This document shows positions 1 through 14,467 of a DNA stretch of 64,000 bases, piece after piece. How positions within the stretch are numbered: the stretch's first letter is position 1; each line of letters begins with the position of its first letter. The position numbers and the translations under genes are program-made. The notes beneath the pieces are model-generated. The model worked only from the letters and a program-made list of their open reading frames with translations. It was not told where the DNA came from and ran no database searches. This stretch comes from Eledone cirrhosa (lineage: Eukaryota), in NCBI GenBank assembly GCA_964016885.1, contig OZ024743.1:86242001-86306000 (forward strand), in the 5' to 3' direction.

Positions 1-19
1 CGTAATAGGACTTCAGAAA

Positions 20-100
20 CCTATGTATGAAATTTGGTGCAAATCGGTTGTAAAATGTAGAAATGCATGCGGTTACATAGACATCTTCTGTTTTATATAT
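20..100 (-). mobile_element. Helitron-type non-autonomous element 5' terminal fragment
   Basis: aaatttggtgcaaatcggttg...acatagacatcttctgttttatatat resembles the terminal block at 22920-23001. Confidence 0.4.
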
Positions 101-121
101 ATATATATATATATTTTTTTT

Positions 122-177
<56 letters not shown>

Positions 178-390
178 TACATACATACATATATATGTAT
201 ATATATATACACATATATATATATATATTAGGATTGGTGCTCTGAGATAGCGATGTATACATGAATGTATGTATGGTATATTTGGTAATATACTGTAGGT
301 TTAATTAAAAACATTTAGAAGACTATACGCTATCAGTTGTAAAGTAGTGACTATGTCACTTACTTCTTTTGGACGAAAGAAGGGAGAGAA

Positions 391-431
391 GATGACAGCC
401 TGTTTCACGCTGGTTGGCATTCATCAGAGCC
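391..431 (-). ncRNA. Hammerhead ribozyme-like motif (type I, stem I weak)
   Basis: Minus strand CTGATGA-atgc-caacca-gcgt-GAAAC-aggct-GTC; lies between a 36-bp inverted repeat at 260-295/501-536. Confidence 0.55.
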
Positions 432-651
432 ACGCACTTCTCTGCTTCTGCTGAAAATTATAGAAGCTGGATTCTTATAGAATTCCAATAATAATAAAAA
501 CGGTATATTGCCAAATATACCATACATACATTCATGACCTGTAGTAAACAGCTGACGAAAGGAAACTGTCCATCTCTTGTTTGTGTCGCCTTACCTTCTA
601 ACACTCGTTATCAGTAACCACACATCCTTGCCTTCCACATTCCACATATAT

Positions 652-1255
652 AGATGGTAACATAGACAACATAGAAATTAAAATAATATCTAAACATAGA
701 AATGACTCAACCGGTAGACAAATCAGAGAAGCAACTGAAATAGAACTAAGAAAACCAAAGTTGAACAGAAAAAACGAATGGAATGACAACAACCATACTC
801 AAACACACAATACTGACCTAAGGTAAATATAAATAAATAAATAAATATATCTACAAGTACAATAACAACAAACACACATAAACACACACTAGTGAACAAA
901 GATAGAATACAAAAACACATAGACTCAAACACGAACACACACACCAAACAGAAAATACACACGCAAACACATGCGCAAACAGAGACAAAGACAAGAATAA
1001 GTAAATAAATAAAATAAAAATGGCGTAGACAATACAGTACAACGGGAGGAAACATAATAGCACCACTGATGATGTCACAGATGTGTGAGGAAAGAACTTT
1101 GATAGTCTATATATATATATATTTATTTATATCTGTATTTTTAACCGTTGGTCAATCAATGATAAACTATGGAGATATAAAAGATACAGAAGCGAAAGCC
1201 AATCCAAACCAAACAGTGAGTGTGTTTTATTGTTATTTCTGGCAATATTATAGCC
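652..1255 (+). mobile_element. Penelope-like element (Naiad-type) 3' fragment: GIY-YIG C-terminus plus 3' repeat
   Basis: + frame DGNIDNIEIKIISKHRNDSTGRQIREATEIELRKPKLNRKNEW matches the ORF at 51766-52014(-); the tail is homologous to 10320-10900(-). Confidence 0.8.
1061..1102 (+). ncRNA. Degenerate hammerhead motif of Naiad-type 3' repeat
   Basis: CTGATGA-tgtcacagatgtgtgag-GAAAGAACTT; better-paired homologue at 10494-10538(-). Confidence 0.5.
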
Positions 1256-1879
1256 ACAACGGTGTATACTGGGAAAATACCTCGAAATTAACATAATCCT
1301 GCAAAACTTCGTAAATAGCCAAAACATTGCATAATGAGAAAATACTCTGAATAAAACAAGTTTGGCGTAAATCGGACATGGACAATATTTTCAATTTTCC
1401 AAAAATAGCAAGGAATTCATCTAAATTCAATTTATCTTATTTTATAATGAATATCGAAAGAAATAATCCATTTGTTTTTTGGTTGTCCATTCTGTAGGTA
1501 AGAGAGACAGAGAGGGGTGAAAGAGAGAAAGAGAGAGAGAGAGGGGTGAGAGAGAGGGGTGAGAGAGAGAAAGAGAGAGTGAGGGTGAAAGAGAGAAAGA
1601 GAGAGAGTGAGGGGATGAGAGAGAGAGAGAGAGAGGGGGGATGACAGATAGGGAAAGAGACAGCGTCCTTAACTTTTATTTATTTTAACTCTCCCACCTA
1701 TCCATAACGTTATTTCTTTCTCTCTCTTTCACAGTTATACTGCCACCGTGTGCATCTGTATGTGTATGTGTGCCATTGCATGTGTTTACGTACTTAGAGA
1801 CATGTGTTTGTGTGTGTATGTGTGTGTAACAGTACTTATGTTAGAGACACACATTTATATATATATATATATATATATA

Positions 1880-2635
1880 AAAATGAGGTAAATATCTCAC
1901 TGAGTACTAAGTACCCATAGATATATATAGGGTGTCTATAATATAATTGTTGTTCTATGGTACTAATTCGAGATACCAGAACTATAAAAATTGATGAGCA
2001 GAACAAACAAACATTAAACAATCCTTTAAATAAATTAAAAAATGATTTAAATATCTACCTGTTCATAATGCTAGTACCGGCGGTTTCCATTTACAAAAGA
2101 TTGGAAATTCAGAGAATTTCCAACGGAAAGTAGATTTCATCAGAGAGCTATTTTCTTTCTATAGGACATACGTCCCATGGTCCGCAAATATAATGCCAAC
2201 TATCAGCTCGTATGAGTTATAGCCGTTAAAGTGACCCAGACGTGACCCGGCCGCTAGAGCAAGCGGGAATATTACAGACTTGTTGATGGCTTGGCTGCTA
2301 AAAAAATAGCAGTAAGCAACAACGAATTTTTTCTCTACATAGATTGGAGAATGTATAAAAATGAGGTAAATATCTCACTGAGTGCTAAGTACCCATAGAG
2401 ATATATAGGGTGTCTATAATATAATTGTTGTTCTATGGTACTAATTCGAGATACCAGAACTATAAAAATTGATGAGCAGAACAAACAAACATTAAACTTT
2501 CCGTTGGAAATTCTCCGAATTTCCAATCTTTTGTAGATGGAAACCGCCGGTAATAGCATTATGAACAGGTAGATATTTAAATCATCTTTTAATTTATTTA
2601 AAGGATTGTTTAATGTCTGTTTGTTCTGCTCATCA

Positions 2636-2639
<4 letters not shown>
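1880..2639 (-). mobile_element. Non-autonomous PLE-derived element with tandem and inverted terminal copies (family C) in (TA)n
   Basis: 1880-2019 is directly repeated at 2358-2498; ~1988-2130 is inverted at 2497-2639; (TA)n on both sides. Confidence 0.8.
2070..2148 (-). ncRNA. Hammerhead ribozyme with extended stem II
   Basis: Minus strand gctct-CTGATGA-aatctac..ttggaaattc/gaatttccaa..gta(a/g)atg-GAAAC-cgccg-GTA-(c/a)tagc. Confidence 0.65.
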
Positions 2640-2711
<72 letters not shown>

Positions 2712-2714
<3 letters not shown>

Positions 2715-5700
2715 GTGTGTGTGTGTCTGTAGGATACCTTCGTAAATAGCCAAAACGGTGCATAATGGAAAAATAAGTGATAGAACCCTGAAATGGGGAT
2801 AAAACAGGTTTGACGTAAATCGACATAAAAATATTTCTCGAATGATGAAAATAGTTTCTTAATTATTAAAAAAAACATTTTCAGTGATTTCTCAGTGAAT
2901 ATGATTTCAAAACTACAAGTTGTTTGTACTTCAAGTATCTATATTCGAGCTTTCTTTAAACAGACGATATTTTAATTATCAGAAAAGCATTAAATGAATA
3001 TCACTGAAAAATACCAGTTGGTGTTTATATTTTTGCTTTTGTTAAAAAGAATATTTCAATTATTTAGAAATATTTTAAAGTGAATTTGATTTCACAAATA
3101 GCTTTATTTACATAGACAATATCTTCATTTTTTAAAAATTATTTTCAAGTGAATACGATGGAAAAAATATTTCTTGGCATATTTAAAAAATATTCTTAAG
3201 TGAAAATGACTTAAAAAATATAAATTATTTGTACACTGAGTATATATATTTCAGCTTTCTTTAAACAGAATATTTTAATTGTTAATAAGTATTTTTTAAG
3301 TGAATATGATTTGAAAAATACGAGTTGTTTAAACAGACAATATTTTCATTATTTAGACATATTTCTAAATAATGATTAAAAAAATATATTTGTTGAGGTA
3401 ATAGGAATTTTTTCTAAGGTGAATACGATTTTCTATTCTTAAATAATGCCTCGACGAGGAAGAAAGAAAACATCTGGTTGGTCTATCGATAGTGGAAAGA
3501 AAGCACGGCTAAGGAGAGCCGAAGAAGGTGAGCAAGATAGTGTTGATTTGAGGATCAGGATACTCCATAACGATGGCATTCAGCGCGACATAGTTGAATT
3601 ATTGGAAATAATACTCAGACAATATAACCCTTACGTTGCTTCATTTCGAATGGCAAAAGAACAAATTAAAAATATTCCCGAAGCTTCGATTATTATTGAT
3701 CATGATAGGAGACCAGCAATGGAACATGAGAGAAGATTCAATGCACAAACTGCAAACGAAGTTGCCGTTATTATACAAAACAGCACCGAACTTCAAGCAA
3801 AACACGGCACATTGTGTTGAAAGAAAAAGGCGGACAATTGCAAATAATCTCAGAGTCCCATCGGTCCTATGACAGTTTGCAGTATTTCTATTTTTTTCCT
3901 TTTGGCGATGACGGATGGCATCGTGAGCTGTTAATGAACAACAACAAGAAGTTGACGCCAATGCGCTACTATGCCTATCGAATAATGAACCATGAGAATG
4001 AATTCAACCAACTTCTCAGAGGCGGTCGTTTATTTCAGCAATATTTGGTTGACATGCATGCGAAGATTGAAGGAGATAGACTGCAATACATCCGAATGAA
4101 TCAAATACCATTGCGATCTACAACATACAAGGGCCTTACTGACGCATTGAATGATAATGACGATTTTCGCAATATTGGCAGGCGAATTATACTCTCTTAC
4201 ACATTTGTCGGTGGACCGAGATATATGATGGAGCGATGCCAGGATGCCATGATATACATACGGAAGTACGGCAATCCTTCTTCATCACAATGACATGCAA
4301 TCCAAACTGGCCTGAAATCCGGCAAAACCTATTCCTGAATCAGAAGCCACATGACAGGCCAGATTTAATTGCCAGAATATTTGACCTGAAGCGGAAACTG
4401 TTAAGAAAGTATCTTATTGGAGAAGATGGCCTACTTGGCAAGTGCATTCCTTACGTGCTGACAGTCGAATATCAAAAGCGAGGTCTTCCTCATGTGCACT
4501 CTTTGCTATGGCTCAATGAAGCCTCCAAGCCCAGACCGCAGGAATATGATAAATTTGTTCAAGCCGATATACCAGATCCAAACAAAGATCCAGAGGGTCA
4601 TGAATTGGTGCTGAAGCACATGATCCACGGTCCGAATGAATTGCTCTAACAATTCGCCGTGTTGGAAAGATGGAACGTGCAGTAAGTGGTACCCTAAGCC
4701 TTTCAATGAATATACATTGTGTGGAGAGGACTCTTATCCTGTGTACAGAAGACGGTCTCCAGGAATGGGAGGATTTGAGGGGCACCAAGAAAGAAGGGGA
4801 AGCCGAAGTATAACTTCGGAATGGGTGGTTCCCTACAATATGAAACTATTAAAACTGTTCAACTGCCACCTAAACGTAGAGATGTGCTCTTCCGTGAAAT
4901 CGATCAAATACGTTATCAAATATACCATGTAGGGCATTGATCAGGCAATGTTTGTACTGAACAGGGAAGATGAGATAATACAGTATTTAACAGGAAGATA
5001 TATCGGTCCTTCAGAAGCTGTTGCCTTGGTACTTGGATTTCCAATTCATGAGGGAGAACCGGCTGTAGTTCGCCTTCAAGTTCATCTACCTGAGGAAAAT
5101 CAAATCTTCTTTCGGGTCAATGCTGCTGTTAAAGTAAACAATAACATGGCTAAAACGACTCTGACTGAGTTCATGGATCTTTGCGATCGCGATCCGTTTG
5201 CAAAAACATTGTATTATGCCGATGTCCCAAAGTTTTACACTTGGAGTAATAAGAGATGGGAAAGGAGAAAGGTGGGGAAAACAGTTGAGCAGTATCCAGC
5301 GATTTTTGAGGCGAACGTTTTGGAACGAGTATACACCTGTTTCTCCACGAAGTGGTGACCTGTATTATTTAAGACTCCTTCTGCATCACGTCAAAGGGCC
5401 AGTATCCTTCAACTCTTTGAAAATGTGTGATGGAGAACTCCTGCCATTATTCAAAGACGTCTGCAGAGAGAAAGGTTTGCTTCAATCGGATGATCATTGG
5501 CAGCAGACTCTGGAAGATGCTGAGCGAACAAGGCTTCCCAAAGCCATGAGAGATCTGTTCATCGTGCTCCTCACAAATACGGAAATTGACAATTCCAGTG
5601 CTTTATGGGTTCGATTTAAGCATTCGCTGTCTGAGGATTACCTTCAAATAGAAAAAAGGGCTACCAGAAACTCTAACCTTTGGATTAGCGAGAGACATTA

Positions 5701-7796
5701 TGATCAATGTCTTCTGTATTTTGAAGACAAACTTAACGACCTGGGCAAAAGTCTTAGTGACTTTAACTTGCCAAAGCAAAATAATATTGTTGCTAATCAG
5801 GATATTGGCAATTTAGAGTTATTGCATGAATTGCAATACACTAGCGACGATTTGTAGAAGAGACGGAGCTTCTATTGAATAGTGAACAAAAACACGTTTA
5901 CGACTTCGTTTGTAACAGTTTAGAGACGAACACATCTGCATTGATTTTCATTGACGCTCCAGGTGGAATAGGAAAGACATTCCTGATTAACTTAATTATT
6001 TCAAAAGTCAGGGCAAACGGTGACGTGGCTATTGCTGTTGCGTCATCTGGCATTGCCGCAACACTGATGCCTGGTGGAAGAACAGCGCATTCTAGGTTCA
6101 AAATACCGATAGTAGTGAAAGAAAATGGTCTGTGCAGCATTGATAAAAACTCAAAAATGGCAAATCTCTCCCAGCATACAAGGCTGATTGTTTGGGATGA
6201 GTGTCCTATGATTCGGAGGGAAAGCTTCAAAGCTGATGACCTCACTCTGCGGCCGTGGAAAACGCCTGCATTAAAAAATCCTACTTATGGCGAAGCTTCA
6301 AAAGATTTCAGTTGAAGACAAACATGCGATTGGGTGGGGGAGCAGGAGACTATTCACAGTTCCTATTGGATATTGGAGAAGATAAGATAAAAAAAACTGA
6401 AAATGAGGAAATTATTTTGCCAAAAGAAATGGTTCTCCAAGCAACAACTATGGAAGAATGTATTGATTTCATCTACCCCTCATTCGACAATCCAGCTGAA
6501 GTGTTTTCGAACAATTGCATCTTAGTACCTCTCAAAGAAATGATGAGAAGCATCAATTCCACCTGTATCAGACGCTTCCCTGGAACCATAAAAGAGTACC
6601 GATCCTATAATTCTGTGAGTGATGGTGCCAATGCCACTCATTTCCCGACTGAATTCCTTGATTCGGTTGAACTACCAGGACTGCCACCACATAACCTGGA
6701 ATTGAAAAAAGGATCGCCAATAATTCTTATGAGAAACTTGAATCCTCCAACGCGGATGATCGTGGAAGAACTGCACGACAATCTAATAGTAGCAAGAATC
6801 AACACTGCTGCTTTCAGAAATGAGATCGTTATGATACCTAGAATAAGAATTAATCTATCCGAAGGTGAGGATATCTCTTTGCAGCGAAGCCAATTCCCAG
6901 TTCAATCGTGCTTCGCTATGACTATTCATAAAGCACAAGGACAAACTATGGAAAACGTCTAGGTTTATCTGGAACGACCTGTATTCCAACACGGTCAACT
7001 GTATGTAGCCCTTAGCCGCGGAAAACGAAAAGAAAATGTCAGAGTGTTTCTGAAGGATACCCAGTCAACTAAGAATGTTGTCATCAAAAGCATTCTTTTG
7101 AACAAACTGTGACAGCGTAAATATGAGAAAATGTTGATTCCGACGTCAGAAAATGAAAGGAAAAGGAAAAACTAAGACAAGTAAGAATAATTACTTTCAA
7201 ATTTTTGTAAATATTAGTGAAAAATGATTTGATATTTTCTTTGTGAAAATACTTGTGAATAATACAGTGAAAAGACAAGTTTCGCGTAAATCGGACCACG
7301 GGTGCCCGAAATACGCGGGTTTTTTCGGGTACCTTTATAAATAACCAAATCAGCGCATAATGGGAAAATTCTTTGAAAGTAAGGTACCATTGAAATGTGA
7401 ATACAAACGCAGATAGATGTGAGAGAGAGGGGGGGGGGGAAGAGCTGGTGGTGTTGTTGAATGAAATTATGACAGGTGACTTCAAAGAATTGAATACAGC
7501 ATTAATGTATCTAGCTTGAATTTGGTGACTGAATATTAAGTTATATGTATCTTATAACTTGTGTTAGGACAGGATGTATGTGTGTGTGTGTCTGTAACCA
7601 GTGTATATAGACCACAGACACCACACACACAAACACACACATATATATATACACGTACATATACACACACACATAAACGTATATATATATATTGGCTTTC
7701 CAATGTCATTTTACATTATATACATTTTGTGTATATTTTAATTATTTAAAAATTATTTTTAAGTGAACATGACCCAACGGGTCACGGGTGGTCTAG
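2712..7796 (+). mobile_element. Helitron (formerly autonomous)
   Basis: RepHel coding region; 3' hairpin tgaccc-aac-gggtca (7770-7784) followed by CTAG (7793-7796) and T; 5' limit approximate. Confidence 0.9.
3446..7110 (+). pseudogene. Helitron Rep/PIF1 helicase (RepHel), broken by frameshifts and stops
   Basis: Rep motifs FITMTCNPNWPEI, VEYQKRGLPHVH (HUH), IKYVIKY; helicase motifs DAPGGIGKTF, IVWDECPM, QFPVQSCFAMTIHKAQGQT, HGQLYVALSR; split over at least 8 ORFs. Confidence 0.95.
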
Positions 7797-7807
7797 TATA
7801 TATATAT

Positions 7808-7990
7808 AATTGTTTCTACGTTTGGCACAAGGCCAGCAATTACCGAGTGCATTACTGGTACTTTATTTTATCGACCCCGTAAGGATGAAAGGCAAAGTTA
7901 ACCTCGGCGGGATTTGAACTCAGAATGGCAAGGCCCGTAACTGTATGCGTCAAAGAACGGCGTCCGACCCTCTACCGATACTGCCAATCC
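7808..7990 (-). mobile_element. tRNA-derived SINE
   Basis: Minus strand A-box TGGCAGTATCGG, B-box GAGTTCAAATCC, core CTTTCATCCTTACGGGGTCGATAAA; homologous to 21328-21515. Confidence 0.85.
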
Positions 7991-8083
7991 AATGATGAAA
8001 TATATGGAGAATAGAAATGGCTGTGTAGTTGCTATTTAAGGTAACTTAAAATGCAGTGGGAATACGAAGAAAGCAAGAACGGG

Positions 8084-8189
<106 letters not shown>

Positions 8190-8290
8190 TTATATTTGAA
8201 ACAGTAAACAAAAAAACAACGTGGAAGCGGAGAGGCAGTACAAAATGTTAATCTTAGTTTCACGCTTGAGAATAGGGGGGGGGGATAAGG

Positions 8291-8566
8291 ATAAGGGACA
8301 AGGATTCAGTGTTGCATCATAACATATTTAATAACATATTACATATGTTTCTCTATCGATCAGCTCGAGGCAAGATCTATTATAGATCGAACCTAACTCT
8401 GTAATCGAAAGGTCGTCAGATATGCTTAGTATATGAGTGCGTCTCCGATTGTGTGTGCTCAAATCTTCAGCTATTAGCTATCTACAGCACATATTAGCAT
8501 CATGTCATTTTACACCCGTTCATTGGTTCAATTATCCCATCATCATCATCATCAACATTCTATCCT
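8291..8566 (-). repeat. HHR-containing PLE terminal repeat; near-identical inverted copy of 17830-18099
   Basis: Reverse complement matches 17830-18099 with few differences; HHR at 8335-8424. Confidence 0.85.
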
Positions 8567-8704
8567 CGGAATAGCGGCTCTCTGTCCTCCGCTAAAGCTG
8601 TCGTGTGCGTTCAGGCGTGGTAGGTCGTTGGCCTGTGATTTACTGCTAGATTTAATGTGCATATACCACCGATATTTCCACATATACATATATATATATA
8701 TATA

Positions 8705-9547
8705 AGAAAAATGGAGTGCTTCGTGGTTGCACATGGGTTACATATGAATAAAATTAGTCCTTCATCAGTGATCTTCCAACCTTCATTGGTATTTCATCGC
8801 TTTAAAAATCATATACCTCTGGTTGGTGCAAGCAATAACTAAATAAAATTATTGGGACAAGTAAAATAGCGTGAAGCGAGCGGGACATGTAAACAAACAA
8901 AGATGGTATGGCAATGGAAAGATAGGAAGAGACAAGTACATGATATCTATAAGCTTAAGCTTGGTGAATTCATGGATGAGAGATACAGACCATCCGACAT
9001 GGGTGAGATGTGAGCGAGAAAAGGATTTCACACAGGTCAAACGGGAGGAAGTGAGAGAGGAGGAGAAGCAGAGAGTGAGTGAGTGGAAGTGTGAGGAAGA
9101 GGCGAACCGAGAGAGAGTGTGACTGGCAGAGGGGTAAAAAGAAGGTGAAAGATACAGAGAAAGGGGAAGCAGTAAGAAAGAAACAGACAATCGCAGCTGA
9201 GGAAAAAATATAAATATAAAAAAAACGGAGTGCTGCGTGGTTGCACATGGGTTACATATGAATAAAATTAGTCCTTCATCAGTTTGACCTGTGTGAAATC
9301 CTTTCATCCATGAATTCACCAAGCTTAAGCTTAAGCTTATAGATATCATGTACTTGTCTCTTCCTATCTTTCCGTTGCAATACCATCTTTGTTTGTTTAC
9401 ATGTCTCGCTCGCTTCACGCTATTTTACTTGTCCCAATAACTTTATTTAGTTATTGCTCGCACCAACCAGAGGTATATGATTTTTAAAGCGATGACATAC
9501 CAATGAAGGTTGGAAGATCACTGATGAAGGACTAATTTTATTCATAT
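8705..9547 (-). mobile_element. Non-autonomous PLE-type fold-back element (family D)
   Basis: 8712-8769 is repeated directly at 9228-9283; ~8740-8978 is inverted at ~9303-9547; flanked by (TA)n; same family at 18487 and 37290. Confidence 0.8.
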
Positions 9548-9851
9548 ATATATATATATGTCCAGGTGTTATAGTTATAAATGGATGGTTTGTACATTTT
9601 AATTTATTCTTTTAATTGATATGTATTCTACAGTCCTTTCGTAGACAATATGGTTTTCACTCTGGTGGTATTATAACGGGTTTTAGTCTTTCACCTATCA
9701 TGAAAACATACCTCGTTTTGTATTTTTCGCTAAATACTGTCTTATAAAGAGCCCAGAATATATTCCTTGTGCTCATTGAATTATAGGCGATTAACGTGAG
9801 TCTCTAACTCCATTTTTTTAATTGGATATATTACATATAGATATATGTATG

Positions 9852-9893
<42 letters not shown>

Positions 9894-9928
9894 TGTATGT
9901 ATATATATATTATATATAGATATATGTA

Positions 9929-9959
<31 letters not shown>

Positions 9960-10025
9960 ATATATATATATAATATTATTCAAAATATTAACAAAAGAAA
10001 GATATTCACATAATCAAAATATATG

Positions 10026-10096
10026 CTTTATTATATATATTTCAAAGGTACTAAGGTACTGTGTTGTTCTTTTCAGTACGTCTTCATCAGATAAAA
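10026..10096 (-). ncRNA. Hammerhead ribozyme (type I, palindromic stem III)
   Basis: Minus strand tttat-CTGATGA-agacgtact...agtaccttt-GAAA-tatata-TA-ataaa; stem I tttat/ataaa; inside a short insert between (TA)n. Confidence 0.65.
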
Positions 10097-10151
10097 TATA
10101 TGATTTGATATATGACATACCGCTACGGTCTTGATTATACAATTCCCGTAT

Positions 10152-10309
<158 letters not shown>

Positions 10310-10319
10310 GAGGGTCATA

Positions 10320-12408
10320 TTTGTGTAATAATATTGCCAGAATTAATGACAGAACACACTCACTGTTTGGTTGGTTTTCGCTTCTGTGTCCTTTATATCG
10401 GTTAATTTAATTTATTCGGTCCTCAATGTTACCATTGACTGACCAACGGTAAAAAATACAGATACAATATAGACACAAACACATATATATAGTCTAACAA
10501 AGTTCTTTCGTTGCACATCTGCAACATCGTCAGTGGTGCTATTATGTTTCCTCCTGTTGTATTGTATGCCTACGCCATCTTTATTTAGTCTGTTTATTTA
10601 TTTATTTATTTATTTTTGTCTTCTCTGCGCATGCGTTTGCGTGTGTGTATAGTGTTTGGGTGACTGTGTATTGGTTATTGTATTCTATCTTATTTTACTA
10701 GTGTGTGTTTATATGTGTTTGTTGTTATTGTGCTTGTGTATGTATTTATTTATTTATTTTATTTATTTAATTATTTATTTATTTATTTATTTATTTATAC
10801 TTCTCTTAGGTCTATATTGTTTTGTTTGGGTGTTGTTATTCCATTCATTTTTTCTGTTTAGCCTTGGCCTTCTAAGTTCTATTTCGCTGGCCTCTCTGAT
10901 TTGCCTATCTGCTGGATCATTTCTCTGTTTAGATATTATTTTAAGTTCTATGTTGTCTATGTTACCGTCGTGTTGTTGTCTGGCATGTTCGTATAGTACT
11001 GAACCGTTTTTTTCGTCCTTTTAGTTCCCCCCAGTGTTGGTCTATCCTTTCACCTATGCTACGAGCTGTCTCGCCTATGTATGTTGTTGTCATGTTTCTG
11101 TAAGTACCCTCTGTATATCTTATGCTATAGACTACGTTTCTAGTCTTACAGTTTATCCGGGGTTTACTTTACATATAATACATTTCCTATTAGTACAGTG
11201 GGTTTTCTTAAAAGGGTAGGTTTTGCTGATCAGGGATTTTATGGTGGTTCCTGGCTTTTCTACCATCTTAATCTTTAAGTGGGTCTTTCTCGGGGCCTTT
11301 CTACACTGGTTAGCTAATTTCCCTCTAGGGGTAGCGTCCACAAACATGACACTCTCGTATCTCTAGTTGTCGTACCATGAGGTGGCTTTCCATATCTTAT
11401 GTCTAGTCCTATCTAAGCTATTCCATGATTTTCTCCTGTATAATGGGCAAATTCCTTTCATGTCCAGTTCTATGAGGGTCTTATACTTCTCCGTGGCTCC
11501 TTCGTACACTCTGATTCTGTCTCTTTGGTTGTAGACAGAGAACTGCATGCGGTTGATGAAGTGTTGGATGTGTCTTTCCATTTCTGTTGGGTCGCAAATG
11601 CGCGATACGTTCTACATCAGTCGTACCAAGTCTGCGATCAGAATATTAAACTTAGCACTACTGGACATTGCTGAGTTTTTGAGTATCAGGTATTTACAGT
11701 TCTGTGTCTAATACAGGTAGTCTATTGTTAGGGTGTTTGGAAGGGTAGTTTTGATACTAGCCCCTATTGCATGTGCGACCATTTTTCTTACCTGATCATT
11801 GTTTTGGGGGGGTCCGTATAGCTTTGGTCCACCCAATCCACCTTCCCATGGGAGTATTTTTTGCCATTGAGGTTATGGTGGGGGTGTCTACCTCTTATGG
11901 GTCTACTGCGGCAGAAACGTCTAAGGTCATGGCTGTCTAGGTAGTCAGTGTTATAGTTAAGTCCAAGAAGGAGGCCCAGTTCGTCTGTGTCGACGTCGCA
12001 GAACTCCACCTCACTCTCAATGATCATCTCCACACATTTTTCCACAGCAAAATCAATGTTAATGGATGGGTACAGTGATACCACATCCATACTGCCTATT
12101 ATGTAGTTGGATAGGTTTTTGTTTTTGTTGCACTCACTGATTCTGCTGAGGAGGTCCTCTGTACTGTCACATACATCTGGGGACATCTTGATTATGTGGC
12201 GTATAACTATTGAGAGGAAGTAGGAGATCCTGTAGTTGTTAGCTATAATGGCTCTGCATACAGGTCTTGTTGGTGGTCCTGTTGTCGGGTCGTCGACTGT
12301 CTTATGGTCTTTGCGGAGCCCATACAAGGGTGGTATGCCATTGTTAGACGCCTGGAAGTTGTTGGCAGTGCGTCTGCTTGGCTTTAGGATGTCGGTCCAC
12401 ATCATCAT
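10320..12408 (-). mobile_element. Penelope-like element, Naiad-type, internally deleted and decayed
   Basis: LYGLRKDHK..GPPTRPVC, GSMDVVSLYPS (RT motif A), FVDATPRG..KMVEKPG, C-x4-C-x2-C linker, then GIY-YIG remnant; HHR CTGACGA-t-gttgca-gatg-tgcaac-GAAAG at 10494-10538. Confidence 0.85.
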
Positions 12409-12441
12409 GTGAGCGTTGAGGATTTTCTCTCTCCCCTCATG

Positions 12442-12610
<169 letters not shown>

Positions 12611-12893
12611 ATGGGTGTACATTTATCTACTTATATATGGATGTATGGGTGTGCACGTGTATTTGTGTGGGTGTACACATAAGGGCGCGTATTCATATAT
12701 GTCCATGTCGATTTACATATATATGTATGTATATGTGTGTGTCTGCGTATGTGTACGAATGTGTCTGTATGTATGTGGGTATATGTGCGTGTGTATGTAT
12801 ATATCCCCCTAATATATATATATCCCTAATCATAGATATAATAAGATATTTAATAGAAATGTTGTTGAAATCAGTTACTCTTGCTGCCCATCA

Positions 12894-13412
12894 ATGAAAA
12901 CTAAAATTACCAACTCTAATCGTACTAGAGTAAATCCAGGATGCAGTTGCAGGAAGCCGGAAGAATGCCCATTACAGGGTAAATGTAATACCAAATCTAT
13001 TGTGTATGTGGCCAAATTGACACCTATGATTAATAACCAGCCAGCCAGGAGTGAACGATATGTTGGCATGATTCAAGACAGATTTAAAACCAGGTATTAT
13101 GCACATGTCGCTTCTTTCAAACACCCTGAAACAAGAACAGCAACGGCGCTGGCAAATAAAGTGTGGGAGTTTAAAGACAAAAACATTCCGTACACTATTG
13201 ATTGGTCTATTTTAGACCATTCAAGAGAATACCAAAGGGGCACAAAGAAATGTTCTTTGTGTACCACGGAAAAATTTAGAATTCTCCAAAACTTGAAAAC
13301 CCCCACCACTTGTCTCAACTCTAAGACCGAGATCTTTAGATGTTGTCCACATCTGAAATCGCATCTACTTTTTAACTGGATTAACATACCTACGATTAAT
13401 CAACCACCTTGA
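12894..13412 (+). mobile_element. PLE (Nematis-type) GIY-YIG endonuclease fragment
   Basis: CSCRKPEECPLQGKC linker, IVY...RYVG, RFKTRYYAH, CSLCTTEK, LNSKTE. Confidence 0.85.
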
Positions 13413-13744
13413 GCTTCTTCTTTACTCATCACACCTTCCACTCACTACCAACTTCATTACTTTTTGAACTTATACTTTCTACCAAACATACTTTTTTTCC
13501 CTCATCTCTCTTTATATTTCTTTTGACTTATACCCCCCCCCCTACTATTTACCATACCTTTAATACATACATAACTTTATCCTTTTCCAGATCACTTTTT
13601 AACTATATACCCTTATCCAGATCTCATCACAGACACTTACCCTCTTTTACACCCCCTTTCTCCCTTACCTGTTTTTATTAATTGTTTTTATTATTTTATT
13701 TCACTCTTACTTACCCACTAGGTTTTTAAGTGTACTCACTTAAG

Positions 13745-13825
13745 GTTGTATGTGGGCGCATATGAAGACAGACTTATGTGTACATACATATTTACGTATT
13801 TTTATTTATATGTATGTGTGTGTAT

Positions 13826-13877
<52 letters not shown>

Positions 13878-14467
13878 GTATGTGTGTATATATATGTATA
13901 TATATATGTATTTATAGATATGTATGTATATATTTGTTTATATGTATATGTATATATTTGTATATGTATATATTTGTTTATATTTGTTTATATATATTTG
14001 TATTTATGTATGCATGCGTTTGTGTAAATATATCTTTTTGTATATATGTTTATATATGAGTGTATGGACTTACGTATATGTTTATTTGTATGCGTGCGTT
14101 AATTTCTTATTGCGTGAGTTTGTGCGCACACGTATGTGTATACGTATGCACTTGGGTTATGTACCTTTGAAATTCATTTATTGATTGTAGAGTTTTTTGT
14201 ATGTGTATGCATGTGGATGTGTGTGTTTTTGTATGTATGTATGTGTGTTTATATATATGTTTGCGTGTATGTGTGTGTGTATATATGCGTTTATATATGT
14301 ATATATATATGTATATGCATGCACATATGTGTGTATGTGTACGTATCTCTATTTTTTATATATATATATTTACACATATATATGCGTGTGTGTTTGCATG
14401 TGTGTATAGGTATATATGTATGTTTATGTATATGTGTGTATGTATGTGTATATATATATATATATAT
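13745..14467. repeat. Degenerate (TA)/(TG) low-complexity tract
   Basis: Directly visible; generates spurious YI/CV ORFs. Confidence 0.9.

Noticed and set aside
3446-7110. Active Helitron, or introns explaining the ORF breaks
   Set aside because: The breaks are single-base frameshifts and stops, some within conserved motifs, consistent with decay or assembly error.
7900-7990. tRNA gene (A/B boxes)
   Set aside because: No cloverleaf; it is the SINE head.
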